From the NCBI GenBank assembly GCA_963727895.1, contig CAVSHT010000005.1, positions 192,001-256,000 on the forward strand: 64,000 nt of DNA, written 5' to 3'. Positions 1 to 10,714 of this stretch are shown one piece after another (position 1 is the stretch's first letter; the number at the start of each line of letters is the position of its first letter). The notes under the pieces are model-generated. The model saw nothing but the letters and a program-made list of their open reading frames with translations. It had not been told where the DNA came from and searched no databases. The position numbers and the translations under genes are program-made. Origin of the DNA: an uncultured Methanosarcinaceae archaeon (GTDB lineage Archaea; Halobacteriota; Methanosarcinia; Methanosarcinales; Methanosarcinaceae).

Positions 1-1125
1 GCCTTTCTTTTAACTTTATGAATAGTTTTTCATCTAATTTTACATTATAAAGTGTTTTTACATTTGAAAGCTGGTCAATTAATAAATGTTGAGCCCCTTC
101 CAGATTTGCGCCCTTAAATTTAGCCCCTTGAAGATTAGCATTTCTAAAGTTAACCCTTTGGAGGTCAGCTCCATTAAGGTTAGCCCCTTTAAGGTTAGCT
201 CTTTGAAAGTTAACACCCTCAAGTTTAGCTTTTATAAGATTAGCTTCTTGAAGGTCAGCTCCCTGTAGATTAGCTCTTTGAAGCTTGGCTCTTATAAGTT
301 TAGCTTTCACAAGTTTAGCTTTTATAAGTTTAGCTCCTTTGAGTTTTGCCTCTTCAAAGTTAGCTTCCTCACATTTAGCCTCCCTGAAATTTGCTTCTTT
401 AAGTTTAGCTTTTTCAAGGTTAGCTTTTCTAAGATCAGCTCCTTTAAGGTTAGCCTTTCTAAGATCAGCTTCTTTAAGGTTAGCTTCCTGAAGATTAGCT
501 TTCTACGTCCTTGATAGCTCCTAGCTGCTCTTTGAAAGTTAGCTTCTTCAAGTTCAGATCCTTGAAGGTTAGCTCCTTGAAGGTTAGCTTTTTCAAGACC
601 AGATTTTTACCTTGAAGGTTAGCCCCCTGCAGATTAACTTTTTCAAGATCTGCTCCTTGAAGATTTGCCTCTTGAAGATTTGCCTCTTGAAGATTTGCCT
701 CTTGAAGATCAACTCCACAAAATGTAGCTCCTTGAAGTTTAGCTCTTTCAAGGTTTGCTTCTATAAATTCAGTCCTTTGCAGATTCGTTTCTTGCATATC
801 AGCATCTTGTAGATTAGCTCCTTGCAGATTAGCTCCTTGCAGATTGTGAGATTGCTTTTTTAAGATTGACCCCTTGAAGGTCAGCTCCCTTAAGATTAGC
901 TTCTTGAAGTTTAGCCCCCTTAAGATTAGCGTCTTTAAAATTAGCTCCTTGAAGGTCAGTTACCTGAAGATTCGCTTTCTCAAGGTTAGCTCCTTTAAAG
1001 TTAGTACCTTTGAGATTTGAACCCATAAAATTTGCCATTTCAAGATTAGCTTCTATAAAGTCGGTTCCTTCGAGATTAGATCCTCGAAGATCTTTTTTAT
1101 CATTTTCGTCCATAAAATCACTCAT
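1..1125 (-). pseudogene. Pentapeptide-repeat protein, frameshifted into several pieces; 3' end runs off the window
   Basis: A(N/D)L(x)x repeats in ORFs 829-1125 and 495-797, and in an unannotated frame from about 500 to 1 (KANLQEANLKEADLRKANL...QHLLIDQLSNVKTLYNVKLDEKL). The C-terminus resembles that of 2352-2870. Confidence 0.85.
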
Positions 1126-1256
1126 TCAAACTTAAATAAACAGAGTTTTGTAATTAACTTGATTTGATAAATTATCCCAGTAAAATATATATAAATTAGC
1201 GCTAATTAACATTAATAATCTCTGATAATACCTTATTCTTACCTCGATTTAATTTA

Positions 1257-1367
1257 GAGCTTATCTCAAACTCATTTTTGCTCTCAATTATCAGGATTAT
1301 TTGGGATTGTAGAAAATAACTCGCAAATTTATATAATTTAAGAAGAAACTTTGTTTTGGATAAGCTC
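1257..1367. mobile_element. MITE with IS5-type terminal inverted repeats
   Basis: GAGCTTATCTCAAA ... TTTTGGATAAGCTC, flanked by TTA on both sides; non-coding interior. Confidence 0.75.
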
Positions 1368-1545
1368 TTACAGCAACTTAAAAATTAAAGCAACAGAGCT
1401 TCATGAATTTAAACATAAATAATAAAAATTTTAAAATTGTTACTTAAAAAAAGAAGTAATGTGCATTGAAAGATTATATCTGCATATATCAGACATTACT
1501 TACTAACATATGCTTTTTTGATTTTATTTGTGTTTTATCTTAAAT

Positions 1546-1884
1546 CTAGTTGGTGATTTGACTCTCAATTTCAGAATAAGTTTTTGCATATTCATCTTGT
1601 AATGCGGTATATTCATTGAGGGCCATTTCAAGTTCCAACCTTATTAACTTACATTTAGCTTTTTTTATTAAAGCTTTATCTATTGCAATTTTGTCAAAAT
1701 TTCCAATCTCAGTAGACAACTTTTTTATTTCTTTCTTTGATAAGAGTTTGTTTTCCTTTGCTTTCTTTATAAGACTTTTTTTATTTCCTTTTGTAGTATT
1801 TGCCTTATCTACGATCTCTTCAAGTTTTTCAATATTTGATTTGAGTACACTGATTTTCTCTGTTATTTTAGTTCCTTCTGTCAT
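1546..1884 (-). CDS. Hypothetical lysine-rich helical/coiled-coil protein
   Basis: 112-aa ORF with purine-rich SD-like AAGGGA upstream; no family recognised. Confidence 0.6.
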   Translation of the reverse strand: MTEGTKITEKISVLKSNIEKLEEIVDKANTTKGNKKSLIKKAKENKLLSKKEIKKLSTEIGNFDKIAIDKALIKKAKCKLIRLELEMALNEYTALQDEYAKTYSEIESQITN

Positions 1885-2054
1885 CTTATCCCTTCTAATT
1901 GATATCCTGCTACTTTATCTACACTCTTATTACTAAAAAGTAAAAATAAAACAACATAGTCTAAATATTCATTTGGCAATTAAAAGTCCTTACATTAGTT
2001 GCTCAGTTAAATAAGTGATATTTTTAAATTTACAGATACTCAATTTTCTAAAGC

Positions 2055-2276
2055 TCATTCAACTACAAGCCAAAAGGTAACCCAGCAGAAACTCCACCAA
2101 ATCAAAGTACCTGCTATCCCACAAGTAACTATCTTCCACGCAGATATGTCTGTATTCATTGTTGCAAATGCTATTACTGCCAATGGCAGTACAATCACAA
2201 ATATAATAGCGAAAACCTCTAAGCTATTTCTAACAGTTTTTATTACTGATGTTGTTACACTATCCTTTACCTCCAT
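2055..2276 (-). CDS. Small membrane protein (2 TM)
   Basis: 73 aa with two hydrophobic segments; GTGGT upstream of ATG. Confidence 0.6.
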   Translation of the reverse strand: MEVKDSVTTSVIKTVRNSLEVFAIIFVIVLPLAVIAFATMNTDISAWKIVTCGIAGTLIWWSFCWVTFWLVVE

Positions 2277-2351
2277 AATACCACTTCCATATGGATTTGT
2301 TGAAATAAAATAAACAGATATTAAAAATTATAACTTTCAATTATTAGATCA

Positions 2352-2870
2352 TTATAATAGAGAAGGGTATCTCATTTTTAGTTGTACTAGGAGTTCTTTG
2401 TCTATTTTTGCATTGCGAAGTGTTTTTACTTTAGACAACTGATCAATTGTTAATTGGTGAATTCCTAGTAGGTTAGCTTCCTCCATATCAGCCATTTTAA
2501 GGTTTGCTCCTTGAAGATTAGATCCTGCAAGGTTTGCCATGAAAAGATAAGCTCCCTCTAAATTAGCTTCTTCTAGCTGGCTCTTTATTAATTCGGCTCC
2601 TTCAAGATGAACGTCTATTAATTTAGCTTCTCTAATTTGAGCTCTAGAGAGAAAAGCTCCTCTCAGATTAGCTTTTATAAGATTAGCTCCCTCTAAATTA
2701 GCCATTTCAAGGTGAGCTTCTTTAAGATTAGCCTCTTCGAGATTAGCTTCTTTAAGATTAGCTCCCATAAGGTCAGCTCTTACAAGATTAGCTTTTTTAA
2801 GTATCTTTTTTTCAAGGTTAGCGTCTCTGAGATTAGCTTCACTTATTTCAACCCCTTGAAGAATTGTCAT
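2352..2870 (-). CDS. Pentapeptide-repeat protein
   Basis: Continuous A(N/D)Lxx repeats; GGAGG SD upstream. Confidence 0.9.
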   Translation of the reverse strand: MTILQGVEISEANLRDANLEKKILKKANLVRADLMGANLKEANLEEANLKEAHLEMANLEGANLIKANLRGAFLSRAQIREAKLIDVHLEGAELIKSQLEEANLEGAYLFMANLAGSNLQGANLKMADMEEANLLGIHQLTIDQLSKVKTLRNAKIDKELLVQLKMRYPSLL

Positions 2871-3136
2871 TTGACAATCTATCCTCCTTTACTCTTATAC
2901 TTAAATAAGCCTATAGTTTATTTTGTCAAATCAAAATTGTGCTGGAGTACCTCGCAGAAAGTTAGCGGGGTATTCAACTAAATAAAAAATTTAATAATAA
3001 GAATGTTTAATATTTTATAATTAATTACAAAATATATGTATATGTTATACTATATAGAGATATTGAATACAGTATGGCTATATACTTGATAGAGCAGCTG
3101 AATTTAAAAAATATTATGAATTTGAAATAAGGATGT

Positions 3137-3308
3137 GTATATCTAATGCAAAAAATAAAAATTGACTCTCAGAACCCCAAAATTAAACTATTAATCGAGT
3201 TTCGGATCAAGAAATCTTGGTTTTGAAATAATAACCGAGCTGCCAATTAGGGAATTGGTTTTAAACTCTTATGAGTTTGGAAATCAAAACTGGTTTTGGG
3301 AGAAGATC
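3137..3308. mobile_element. Decayed MITE of the same family as 12367-12496, opposite orientation; boundaries approximate
   Basis: AATCGAGTTTCGGATCAAGAAA matches the reverse complement of the MITE core TTTCGTGATCTGAGACTCGATT; ends in TGGTTTTGGGAGAAGATC. Confidence 0.5.
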
Positions 3309-3571
3309 TAACAGGTAATCACTTTTTGAATAGACCCTTAGTTACCATTAGCAATAAATAAATTCAGCCCCAACTCACACACCTAATCAGCACATACTCT
3401 ATTAATATAAGTTTGTTTTTATATAAATTTATTTTTTTACGGATTCCTATCCATTACCAATCTTTATAAGTCTCCACATCCGTATTCTTAAATATGTAGT
3501 TGTAGAACATTCTAAATATAAAAGTGATTTTTAGGTTTTTTTCCTGATTATAAACAAGGGAATCTGAAGCC

Positions 3572-5569
3572 ATGAGCTTCTATTGGGGATGTGGCATGGT
3601 TGAAAAAAAATCGATAGTGAGGGAACTTGGAGAAGAGGAGCTCCTTCTTCCTGAGCTTGTGAACTCTGCTCTCAATGCAAACGACAAAATCAAATATTAC
3701 TTTACTCTCCTGCAAACTGCCAGAGATAAAGCAGAAAATCCACAGCTTGATTTTCCTTCTTTAAGAACCGAAAGGGAAAACGCAGGAGAAGAAGACACAA
3801 AGTTTGACAGGATTATTCCTGAAACCCTGAAAAAAGGGCATGGCACTTACGTTATTCCTTTCGCCGGAAAAATTATCTCCAGATTTTGGATCTGCATGGA
3901 CGAAATGATGAAACCTCTGCTTGCTACAGGCAGAGCTGAAGGAAAGGAATATGAGGCAAGATTAGAAAGATTAAGATCTTCCCTAACCAAAATTGAGGAA
4001 GAGATTTCGGCAAGAGAATCCGGAATTCTGAAAGGAGATTTCATAAGAGATCTAACTTCTGGAGACCGAGAAAAGGGTGACAGCCTCCACATTCTTGTCA
4101 TGGACGTCCACAAAGCCTTAAACAAAATACAGGAGGAGCTTGCGGTTGAAAATCTCAATGGGGCAAAGGTCTATCTGATAGCAGAAGAGGATAGGGAGCT
4201 GATAATTGCCTTCATGTCGGGAGTAAACCGGACTTTTCCCCTGAAATTCGAACACCCAGGGCTTGGGACAACCGCAACCCGTACGGCAGGCAAGCTTGTA
4301 ATCCAGAACGATATAGGAGAGACACAAGCCCATATACTTGTGATCAATGTCAGGGAGCTTGAGGCATCAGTTACCTGTACCGACGTTCATTTGCAAAGGC
4401 TGCTTTTTTTCCAGAGTCTTTTTGAGGAAAAAGTGATGTCTTGGGCAGATACGGTCTCAAAGCCTGCTGGTGAGAAGTTTGAGGACAAACTTTACCACCT
4501 TTCAGTGGGACGCTTCAAGGCAAAGGACAGAGACGAGTTAAAGAGCTTTCTGACTTTTCTAGGTTCTAAAATCGTTTTTTTGATCGACTGGAATCGTGCC
4601 AGGAAAAGCCTCAGGAATTTCATGCGTAATACAGACTGCATAAAAGTTCTCCACTGGGCAGCTGAAAAGGAATATGGACACAGGGCATTCCTGATACTGG
4701 GGGGAGAACAACTTATTTTTGGAGCTCTTGAACTTGCTTACAGAGCACCTCTTCCCTATGGAGAGCAGCTCTATCAGATAATTGGAAGGGAAAGGACAAT
4801 AGAGTATTTCGAGTGGGTCTTGCAGAGGGCGTCAAAGGGGCTGCTTGCGGGAGAACCGCCTCTTCTAATTAAGGATGAGATAAGAGCTGAGCTTCTTAGA
4901 TATTTCCATTCTGCAGAGCAAGATATTATGGAGATCTGCTCAGAACATGCATCTTTGATCGTAGAAACCGCAGGAGTTATCCGAGACTCTTTTTTCTATA
5001 TTACTTACACAGGAGACCCAAACTTTGTCCTCAGGAACTTAAAGAGGGCAAAAGGCTGGGAAAGTCAGGCCGACGAGCTTGTAAACAAGATCCGAACTAT
5101 TTCAAAAAGAATTGAAAATGCGGAATTCTTTGAAAAACTGATCTTTCATATGGATGACGTTATTGACGCCCTTGAAGATGTTGCCTTTTATATCACTCTT
5201 ATCCCTTCAGTCAATATATCCCGGAAGATTCTGGAAAGCCTCGAAAAGATGGCAGGAATAGTCCTCAAAAGCAGCCGAGAGTTTTTGAAAATTGTTTACT
5301 CTTACCAGTGTAGTACTCGGATCTGCACCCTTAATGAAATGCAGGCATTTTTCGGGTCTACAGCGCAGGTCATTAGCCTAGAAAGAGTCTGTGACGAGGC
5401 TTTTAGGGAGGCAAACAGGGTAATAGTTGAAGATAGCACCGATTTTAAAGAAGCCATACTTGCCCGCGATATTTCAAAAAAAATAGAAGAAGCTTCAAAT
5501 TTCCTGATGCTTGCAGCCTTTACAATCCGTGAAAGGGCTTTTGAGGTACACATCTGGGAGGGACATTGA
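3572..5569 (+). CDS. Large protein with an uncharacterised N-terminal region and a C-terminal DUF47/PhoU-like (phosphate transport regulator) helical domain; start may be 3596
   Basis: 665-aa ORF; C-terminal WESQADEL...MDDVIDALED...LERVCDE...IEEASN pattern of duplicated PhoU-like helical bundles. Confidence 0.75.
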   Translation: MSFYWGCGMVEKKSIVRELGEEELLLPELVNSALNANDKIKYYFTLLQTARDKAENPQLDFPSLRTERENAGEEDTKFDRIIPETLKKGHGTYVIPFAGKIISRFWICMDEMMKPLLATGRAEGKEYEARLERLRSSLTKIEEEISARESGILKGDFIRDLTSGDREKGDSLHILVMDVHKALNKIQEELAVENLNGAKVYLIAEEDRELIIAFMSGVNRTFPLKFEHPGLGTTATRTAGKLVIQNDIGETQAHILVINVRELEASVTCTDVHLQRLLFFQSLFEEKVMSWADTVSKPAGEKFEDKLYHLSVGRFKAKDRDELKSFLTFLGSKIVFLIDWNRARKSLRNFMRNTDCIKVLHWAAEKEYGHRAFLILGGEQLIFGALELAYRAPLPYGEQLYQIIGRERTIEYFEWVLQRASKGLLAGEPPLLIKDEIRAELLRYFHSAEQDIMEICSEHASLIVETAGVIRDSFFYITYTGDPNFVLRNLKRAKGWESQADELVNKIRTISKRIENAEFFEKLIFHMDDVIDALEDVAFYITLIPSVNISRKILESLEKMAGIVLKSSREFLKIVYSYQCSTRICTLNEMQAFFGSTAQVISLERVCDEAFREANRVIVEDSTDFKEAILARDISKKIEEASNFLMLAAFTIRERAFEVHIWEGH

Positions 5570-5570
5570 A

Positions 5571-7184
5571 GTGCCTGAAAACATTGAGGGAGCTGAAAAA
5601 AAGATAATGGAAGCAAGGATTCTTGAATTCGGAAACGGAAAGGGAGAGTATGCACCCAAGGAAGCCTTTGGGGATAAAGGTTCGATCCTTATAGCTATGT
5701 CTTCCATGGGTATCCCAGTACCCCCTGGTTTTGTCCTGAACGTCTCGGTATGTGAAGATTATTTCAAAAATTCCAGGCAGCTTCCCGAGGATCTTCCTGG
5801 ACTCCTCAGAAAGGGAATTCTGTTCCTAGAAAATGTAACCGGAAATATTTTTGGGGGTTCTCCTCCCCTGATGGTTTCGATCAGATCAGGGGCTGCTGCT
5901 TCCATGCCAGGTTCTATGGAAACTCTCCTGAACGTGGGACTTTCCAGGGATGTAGTAAGGTCTCTCATTGCCAGGACAGGGAATCCCAGTTTCGCCTGGG
6001 ATTCGTATCGGAGACTAATAGAGGGATTTGGGAGAGTAGTTTTTTCCCACGATTCCTCTCTCTATCAGGGCTTGCTGAACTCTTCAATTGAGGATGCTGG
6101 AGTTTTGGAAGAAAAAGAGCTGGATTACATAGAGTTGAGAGAACTTGCAGGGAATTATGAACGGCTTTTCTTTGAAGAAAGCCGGAGACCTTTCCCAGAG
6201 GATATATACGAGCAACTTGAACTTGCTGTCAGAGCAGTGCTTGATTCTTGGATGAGCCCAAGAGCAAAAGAGTATCGGAAAATTCACAACATAAAGGGAA
6301 TCAGAGGCACGGCAGTTACGGTACAAGCCATGGTTTTCGGAAATATGAGCATGAACTCAGGTGCCGGGATCTATTTTACCCGGAGTCCATGGACAGGGGA
6401 AAAACTGCCAGTTATCGATTTTAGGTTCGAAGCTCAGGGAGAGGACGTAGTCTCAGGCTCAAGGGCAGGAACGTCAGGAATTGAGCTTAAAACCGTATTT
6501 CCTGCTGTTTACAGTGAACTTGAAGGCATAGGGGAAAAGCTCGAAATCCATTTTCGGGATATGCAGGATATAGAATTTACCGTTGAAGAGGGAAAACTCT
6601 ACATTCTCCAGAGCCGCAGAGGAAAACGTTCATCTCTGGCAGCCCTGAGAATCGCAGTCGACCTTGAGAAAAAAGGGCTGATTTCCTCAAGCGAGGCTCT
6701 GGAAAAGCTGGAAGGGATAGACCTTAATTCTATTTCAGTGCAGAAAATCAGAACTGACAAACCTCCCCTAGCAAAAGGTGACTCTGCCTCAACCGGAGTC
6801 GCCATAGGGAAGATTGCATTCAGCAGTGAGAACGCAAAAATCTATGCTTCTGAGACTACAAAAGCTGTAATCCTGGTCCGGGAAACTCCTTCACCTGACG
6901 ACATCTCGGGAATCCATGTATCTGCAGGTTTCCTAACCACAAGAGGTGCCAGAACTGCCCATGCAGCCGTTGTAGCCCGCCAGATGGGAAAAGTCTGTAT
7001 TGTCAACTGTCAGGACCTTAAGCTGTATCCTAGAGATCGGAAATGCAGAATAGGGAAAAAGGAATTCCAGGAGGGAGACATAATCAGTCTGGATGGGGCA
7101 AGCGGAGAGATATATGAAGGTGAAGTTGAGGTCATATCCGAAAGACCTGTGAAATTGCTTGAAATCATTCAAGCGTGGAAATAG
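5571..7184 (+). CDS. Pyruvate,phosphate dikinase-like protein: ATP-grasp and His-swivel domains only, no C-terminal PEP/pyruvate barrel (start GTG 5571 or ATG 5607)
   Basis: PVPPGF, VSIRSGAAASMPG, VQAMVFGN, AQGEDVVSG, DMQDIEFT, LQSRRGKR and the phospho-His motif RTAHAAVVAR; ends just after ISLDGASGEIYEG; GGAGG precedes GTG 5571. Confidence 0.9.
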   Translation: MPENIEGAEKKIMEARILEFGNGKGEYAPKEAFGDKGSILIAMSSMGIPVPPGFVLNVSVCEDYFKNSRQLPEDLPGLLRKGILFLENVTGNIFGGSPPLMVSIRSGAAASMPGSMETLLNVGLSRDVVRSLIARTGNPSFAWDSYRRLIEGFGRVVFSHDSSLYQGLLNSSIEDAGVLEEKELDYIELRELAGNYERLFFEESRRPFPEDIYEQLELAVRAVLDSWMSPRAKEYRKIHNIKGIRGTAVTVQAMVFGNMSMNSGAGIYFTRSPWTGEKLPVIDFRFEAQGEDVVSGSRAGTSGIELKTVFPAVYSELEGIGEKLEIHFRDMQDIEFTVEEGKLYILQSRRGKRSSLAALRIAVDLEKKGLISSSEALEKLEGIDLNSISVQKIRTDKPPLAKGDSASTGVAIGKIAFSSENAKIYASETTKAVILVRETPSPDDISGIHVSAGFLTTRGARTAHAAVVARQMGKVCIVNCQDLKLYPRDRKCRIGKKEFQEGDIISLDGASGEIYEGEVEVISERPVKLLEIIQAWK

Positions 7185-7233
7185 GAAATATCTACCAGCA
7201 AAAGAGGTAACTATAAGGGAGAGGGAAAAAGCC

Positions 7234-7596
7234 ATGAAACCAGAGATAGATTCAACCAGTTTCGGCTCAATTATAGTAAAAAATAAGCCGTTTGAGCATG
7301 ATATCCTTATACGTATGAGTGGGCAGATAGAAAAACGCAGGAAAAAGCTTTCGAAAAAAATATATGGAACGTCCCATAAAATCTCGCTTGCAGAGGCAAA
7401 ATATATCTATGAAAAGGGAGCAGAGAAAATAATTATCGGCACTGGCCAAACTGGGTATGTTGAACTTTCAAAAAAAGCCAAAAAGTTTTTTGAAGAGAAA
7501 GACTGTAAAACAAAGCTTCTTCCCACTCAAAAAGCAATAAAACTCTGGAACAGAAGCGAAGGAAAGATAATTGCAATGTTTCATGTTACCTGCTGA
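7234..7596 (+). CDS. Mth938-like (DUF498/AAMDC family) protein
   Basis: FGSIIV..., IIGTGQTG, T..AIKLWN, C-terminal FHVTC; ATG 7234 after GGGAGAGGG. Confidence 0.85.
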   Translation: MKPEIDSTSFGSIIVKNKPFEHDILIRMSGQIEKRRKKLSKKIYGTSHKISLAEAKYIYEKGAEKIIIGTGQTGYVELSKKAKKFFEEKDCKTKLLPTQKAIKLWNRSEGKIIAMFHVTC

Positions 7597-7614
7597 AATT
7601 TGATTTTCGACTTA

Positions 7615-7845
7615 GAGCCTATCCGAAAAGTCCTGCTGCTCTGAAAGTTATCCATGCACATGCTAAATGAAGCATAGCAAGGTAATTCTCAATATTTTCC
7701 CATCTTATTAGCAGTCTTCTGAATCTGTTTATCCAAGAATGTGTCCTTTCTACAACCCATCTTCTTGCTCTAAACCCTGGAATCTCTATTCTTATTTTTT
7801 CTTCTCCCCGGCTCTTTATATGGGCAGTATAACCATAATCTTTAA
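7615..7845 (-). mobile_element. IS5-family relic: 3' end of transposase plus terminal inverted repeat
   Basis: RRWVVERTHSWINRFRRLLIRWE...YLAMLHLA motif; TIR GAGCCTATCCGAAAA preceded by TTA. Confidence 0.85.
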
Positions 7846-7955
7846 CGGTTCCGTTGCAAAAAATCTTAGAATAAGCCTGTAAATCTATGAATAATGAACA
7901 AAAGTTAAAATATTCAAAAAGATATGTCAATATTATAGAACTATTCCAAATAATT
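7846..7955 (+). repeat. About 110-bp element starting with an IS6-like terminal repeat; second copy at 8515-8625
   Basis: GGTTCCGTTGCAAAAAATCTTAGAATAAGC...AGAACTATTCCAAATAATT, closely similar to 8515-8625. Confidence 0.7.
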
Positions 7956-8514
7956 GATAATATATTTAGCTTCATTAAAGCCAGAGTAATTTAGATCCTT
8001 TATTTATTTTTTTTTGGCTCAGTTTCAAAAATCTAATTTTTTCAGGATTTCTTTAGATACGAACCTTTTGACTTAAAACGTTCGGATTTTAGATGAAATT
8101 TTGCAGATTTTTCGATCCTATTCTACAAGAATAAACAATAAAAACGAACCTTTTTCTATTATGTTCATATATGCTTGTATATCAATTTTAGGAATAATAT
8201 AAGAAAAGCAAATACTTTTGATCAAAAAGTTGATCTTGTGGCTGCAAGATATAACCTGCAGCCTTGTCTGTCTGTAAGAGGGCTCCACAACTCGATTTTT
8301 CAAGGAAGTGGTTTTTAGAAGCTATGATGAAAATAAGATTTATTGTGGTTATATCAGGATTCAAGTAGTTTTAGAATCGAGTCATTAGAACCTTCTAAAT
8401 ATAGATTTAATTTTAAGATTATATATCTTTTCGATATATTCAATATAGTGAAATTGTCATATATTTATTGAATATACTGAAAGTCCTCAATAAAACCAAT
8501 TTTACAAAATATTC

Positions 8515-8625
8515 GGGTTCTGGTGCAAAAAATTTCAGAATAAGCATGTAAATATATGGAGAATGAACAAAAGTCAAAATATTTTAAATTTATCAATATT
8601 ACAGAACTATTCCAAATAATTAATT
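8515..8625 (+). repeat. Second copy of the IS6-like end element
   Basis: GGTTCTGGTGCAAAAAATTTCAGAATAAGC...AGAACTATTCCAAATAATT. Confidence 0.7.
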
Positions 8626-9281
8626 GATTACTGGTATTTTGATGGCAGTTTTGTAAATCATAATTGACTATGTGTTTCTTACTTTTTTTAGCTCTTAACG
8701 AATGAGTTATCGATAGGAAAAAATTTTTACCCAAAAATGAAATGGGCTTTCTGATATTTAATTTTCATATATGCATGGTATTTTGTATTCCATATTATCT
8801 GGAATGAATCTGAGCTCAAACACATAGCTCTAATTAGCCGATATCGAAAATTTTCTTTGAGTGAACAAAATTGGATAAAATTTGAAGAAAATCCTTAACT
8901 TTTGGACACTTACATTAATCCCAAATTTCTAGTAGTAAGCTCAAAAGGTATGTTTCCATTGTAATATCTTGGCGTAGCCTCCAATATTTAGTGCTATTGG
9001 GCAATAGTCTCTCGAATCCCCCTTCTAAGAATTCCCCATTCTATGAGCCTCTTTTCGATGTCCCTCATTTCGTAATTTGTAAAAGAAAGGCTCTGATAAT
9101 GTTTAATAAAGCAACAATAACATAAAAATATTGTTTTTTTAGATAATATCTGCTTCAAAACTTGAGATTTTACTGAAAATGTTCAGAAAAACGCAACATA
9201 TTGACCAAAATGTTGACTAGACTTTAGGAGATCCACATAAACTCAATTACCGGAGCCAAAACGAATATGATTAAAAAAGGA

Positions 9282-10021
9282 GGTATTGATACTTAAACAT
9301 AGTTATATACTATTAGAAAGTATATTTCTTCATGAACTGCCCCAGATGCAATAGTTCTAATCACAAAAAGAACGGTATAGTTGGTGGTCGTCAACGCTAC
9401 AAATGCCATGATTGTGGATATAACTATACAGTAGAGCTAAAATCAACTGCTTTTTCCGCCTCTGTCAAAAAACAGGCTTTACAACTTTACCTTGAAGGAT
9501 TGGGCTTTCGTTCAATAGGAAGAGTTTTAGGGGTGAATCATGTTTCTGCCCAAAAATGGATCAAGAAATTTGGTCAAGAGTGAGAGAACCTAAAAAGTGA
9601 AAGTGAGATATCTATTGTTGAAATGGATGAAATGCACACTTACATAGGTAACAAAAAAAATATTGCTGGATCTGGATTGCTATTGATAGAATTGGGAAAA
9701 AGTTCATCAATTGCTCTTTTGGCATCAGAGGAACGGAAACTGGAAAACTACTCTGGGAAAAATTGAAGAAAAAAAAGATTGGAGAAGTGATGACAGATCA
9801 CTGGAGAGCATATGCAGAGTTTCTTCCAGAAAAGATCCATACTCAATCCAAAGCAGAAACGTATACTGTTGAAGGATATAACAGCATATTGAAGCATTTT
9901 CTAGCAAGATTGAGACGAAAGACAAAGTGTTATACAAAAAGTCTTGAAATGCTAAAGTACTCGGTTATTCTATTGATGAAATATAGAAATAAAGAGTTAA
10001 CTATATCTAGTTAACAATACC
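9282..10021 (+). mobile_element. IS1-family element (zinc finger/HTH plus DDE domain, -1 frameshift at A-run), with an in-frame TGA
   Basis: TIRs GGTATTGATACTT / AGTTAACAATACC; CPRC..CHDC zinc finger; DEMHTYIGNKK, A8 slippery run, YCWIW, TDHWRAY, VEGYNSILKH. Confidence 0.92.
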
Positions 10022-10287
10022 CCATTTAATTTTGTAAGTCGTGAGTATGTTCTTATTTTTCCTAATTCGCTGACATATGTAAAGTTGCTTTTACATATAT
10101 GAATTTTATTTTCAAAAACAGGCTGTGCGCGCTGATTCTTTTCAGCGAAATCTATATATTCGTTACCTACAGATATATTAAGAATAGCATTCATTTTATA
10201 ATCACCTACTTTCGTTTCGCTTTGCAGGATTCTAGGCTTGGGAAAACTTTTGAATCTTGTGAAGCAGACGATTATAATATTCTTTTT

Positions 10288-10431
10288 TCAAATGTTTAGC
10301 GCCGCTAATATAACGTTTCTTAAGAATGTTGCTTGATCCATGCTAGAATCTTTCAATTTCATGACTTCCAAATAGTCGGGGAAATCTAAAGAAACGCACA
10401 CGACCGCTTTATTATTTCTCACTTGTGGCAT
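10288..10431 (-). pseudogene. Probable small ribbon-helix-helix DNA-binding protein, frameshifted
   Basis: AAGGAG SD then MPQVRNNKAVVCVSLDFP, continuing after a frameshift as LEVMKLKDSSMDQATFLRNVILAALNI (strand-helix-helix pattern). Confidence 0.4.
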
Positions 10432-10714
10432 TATATTTTCTCCTTTTGCGTCAAACTATATTCATATCTTTAACTTTACTTAATTTATTATTTTAGTTAC
10501 TATAATATTATAGTATTGTTTTAGTATTTAAACCTAATTATTAAGTATATAAACACATGCTGTAAACCCCCTTCTAAATAACATTGTAAATTAGTAAACT
10601 TTTTAGCGGCATCTTTGCATAATATATAAAAATGTCGAGGCCCGAAAAATCAGTAACTGTAATATGCTATTTAACATTTTCGAAACAGCGCAGAGTTTTT
10701 GTTGCAAAAAGTGA

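Noticed and set aside
86..812. Plus-strand KFS/KVS-repeat ORFs (also 2712-2981)
   Set aside because: Antisense shadows of pentapeptide-repeat coding sequence.
7619..7975. 118-aa ORF, and its apparent paralog at 8465-8734
   Set aside because: Chimera of an IS5 transposase tail and a duplicated non-coding element.
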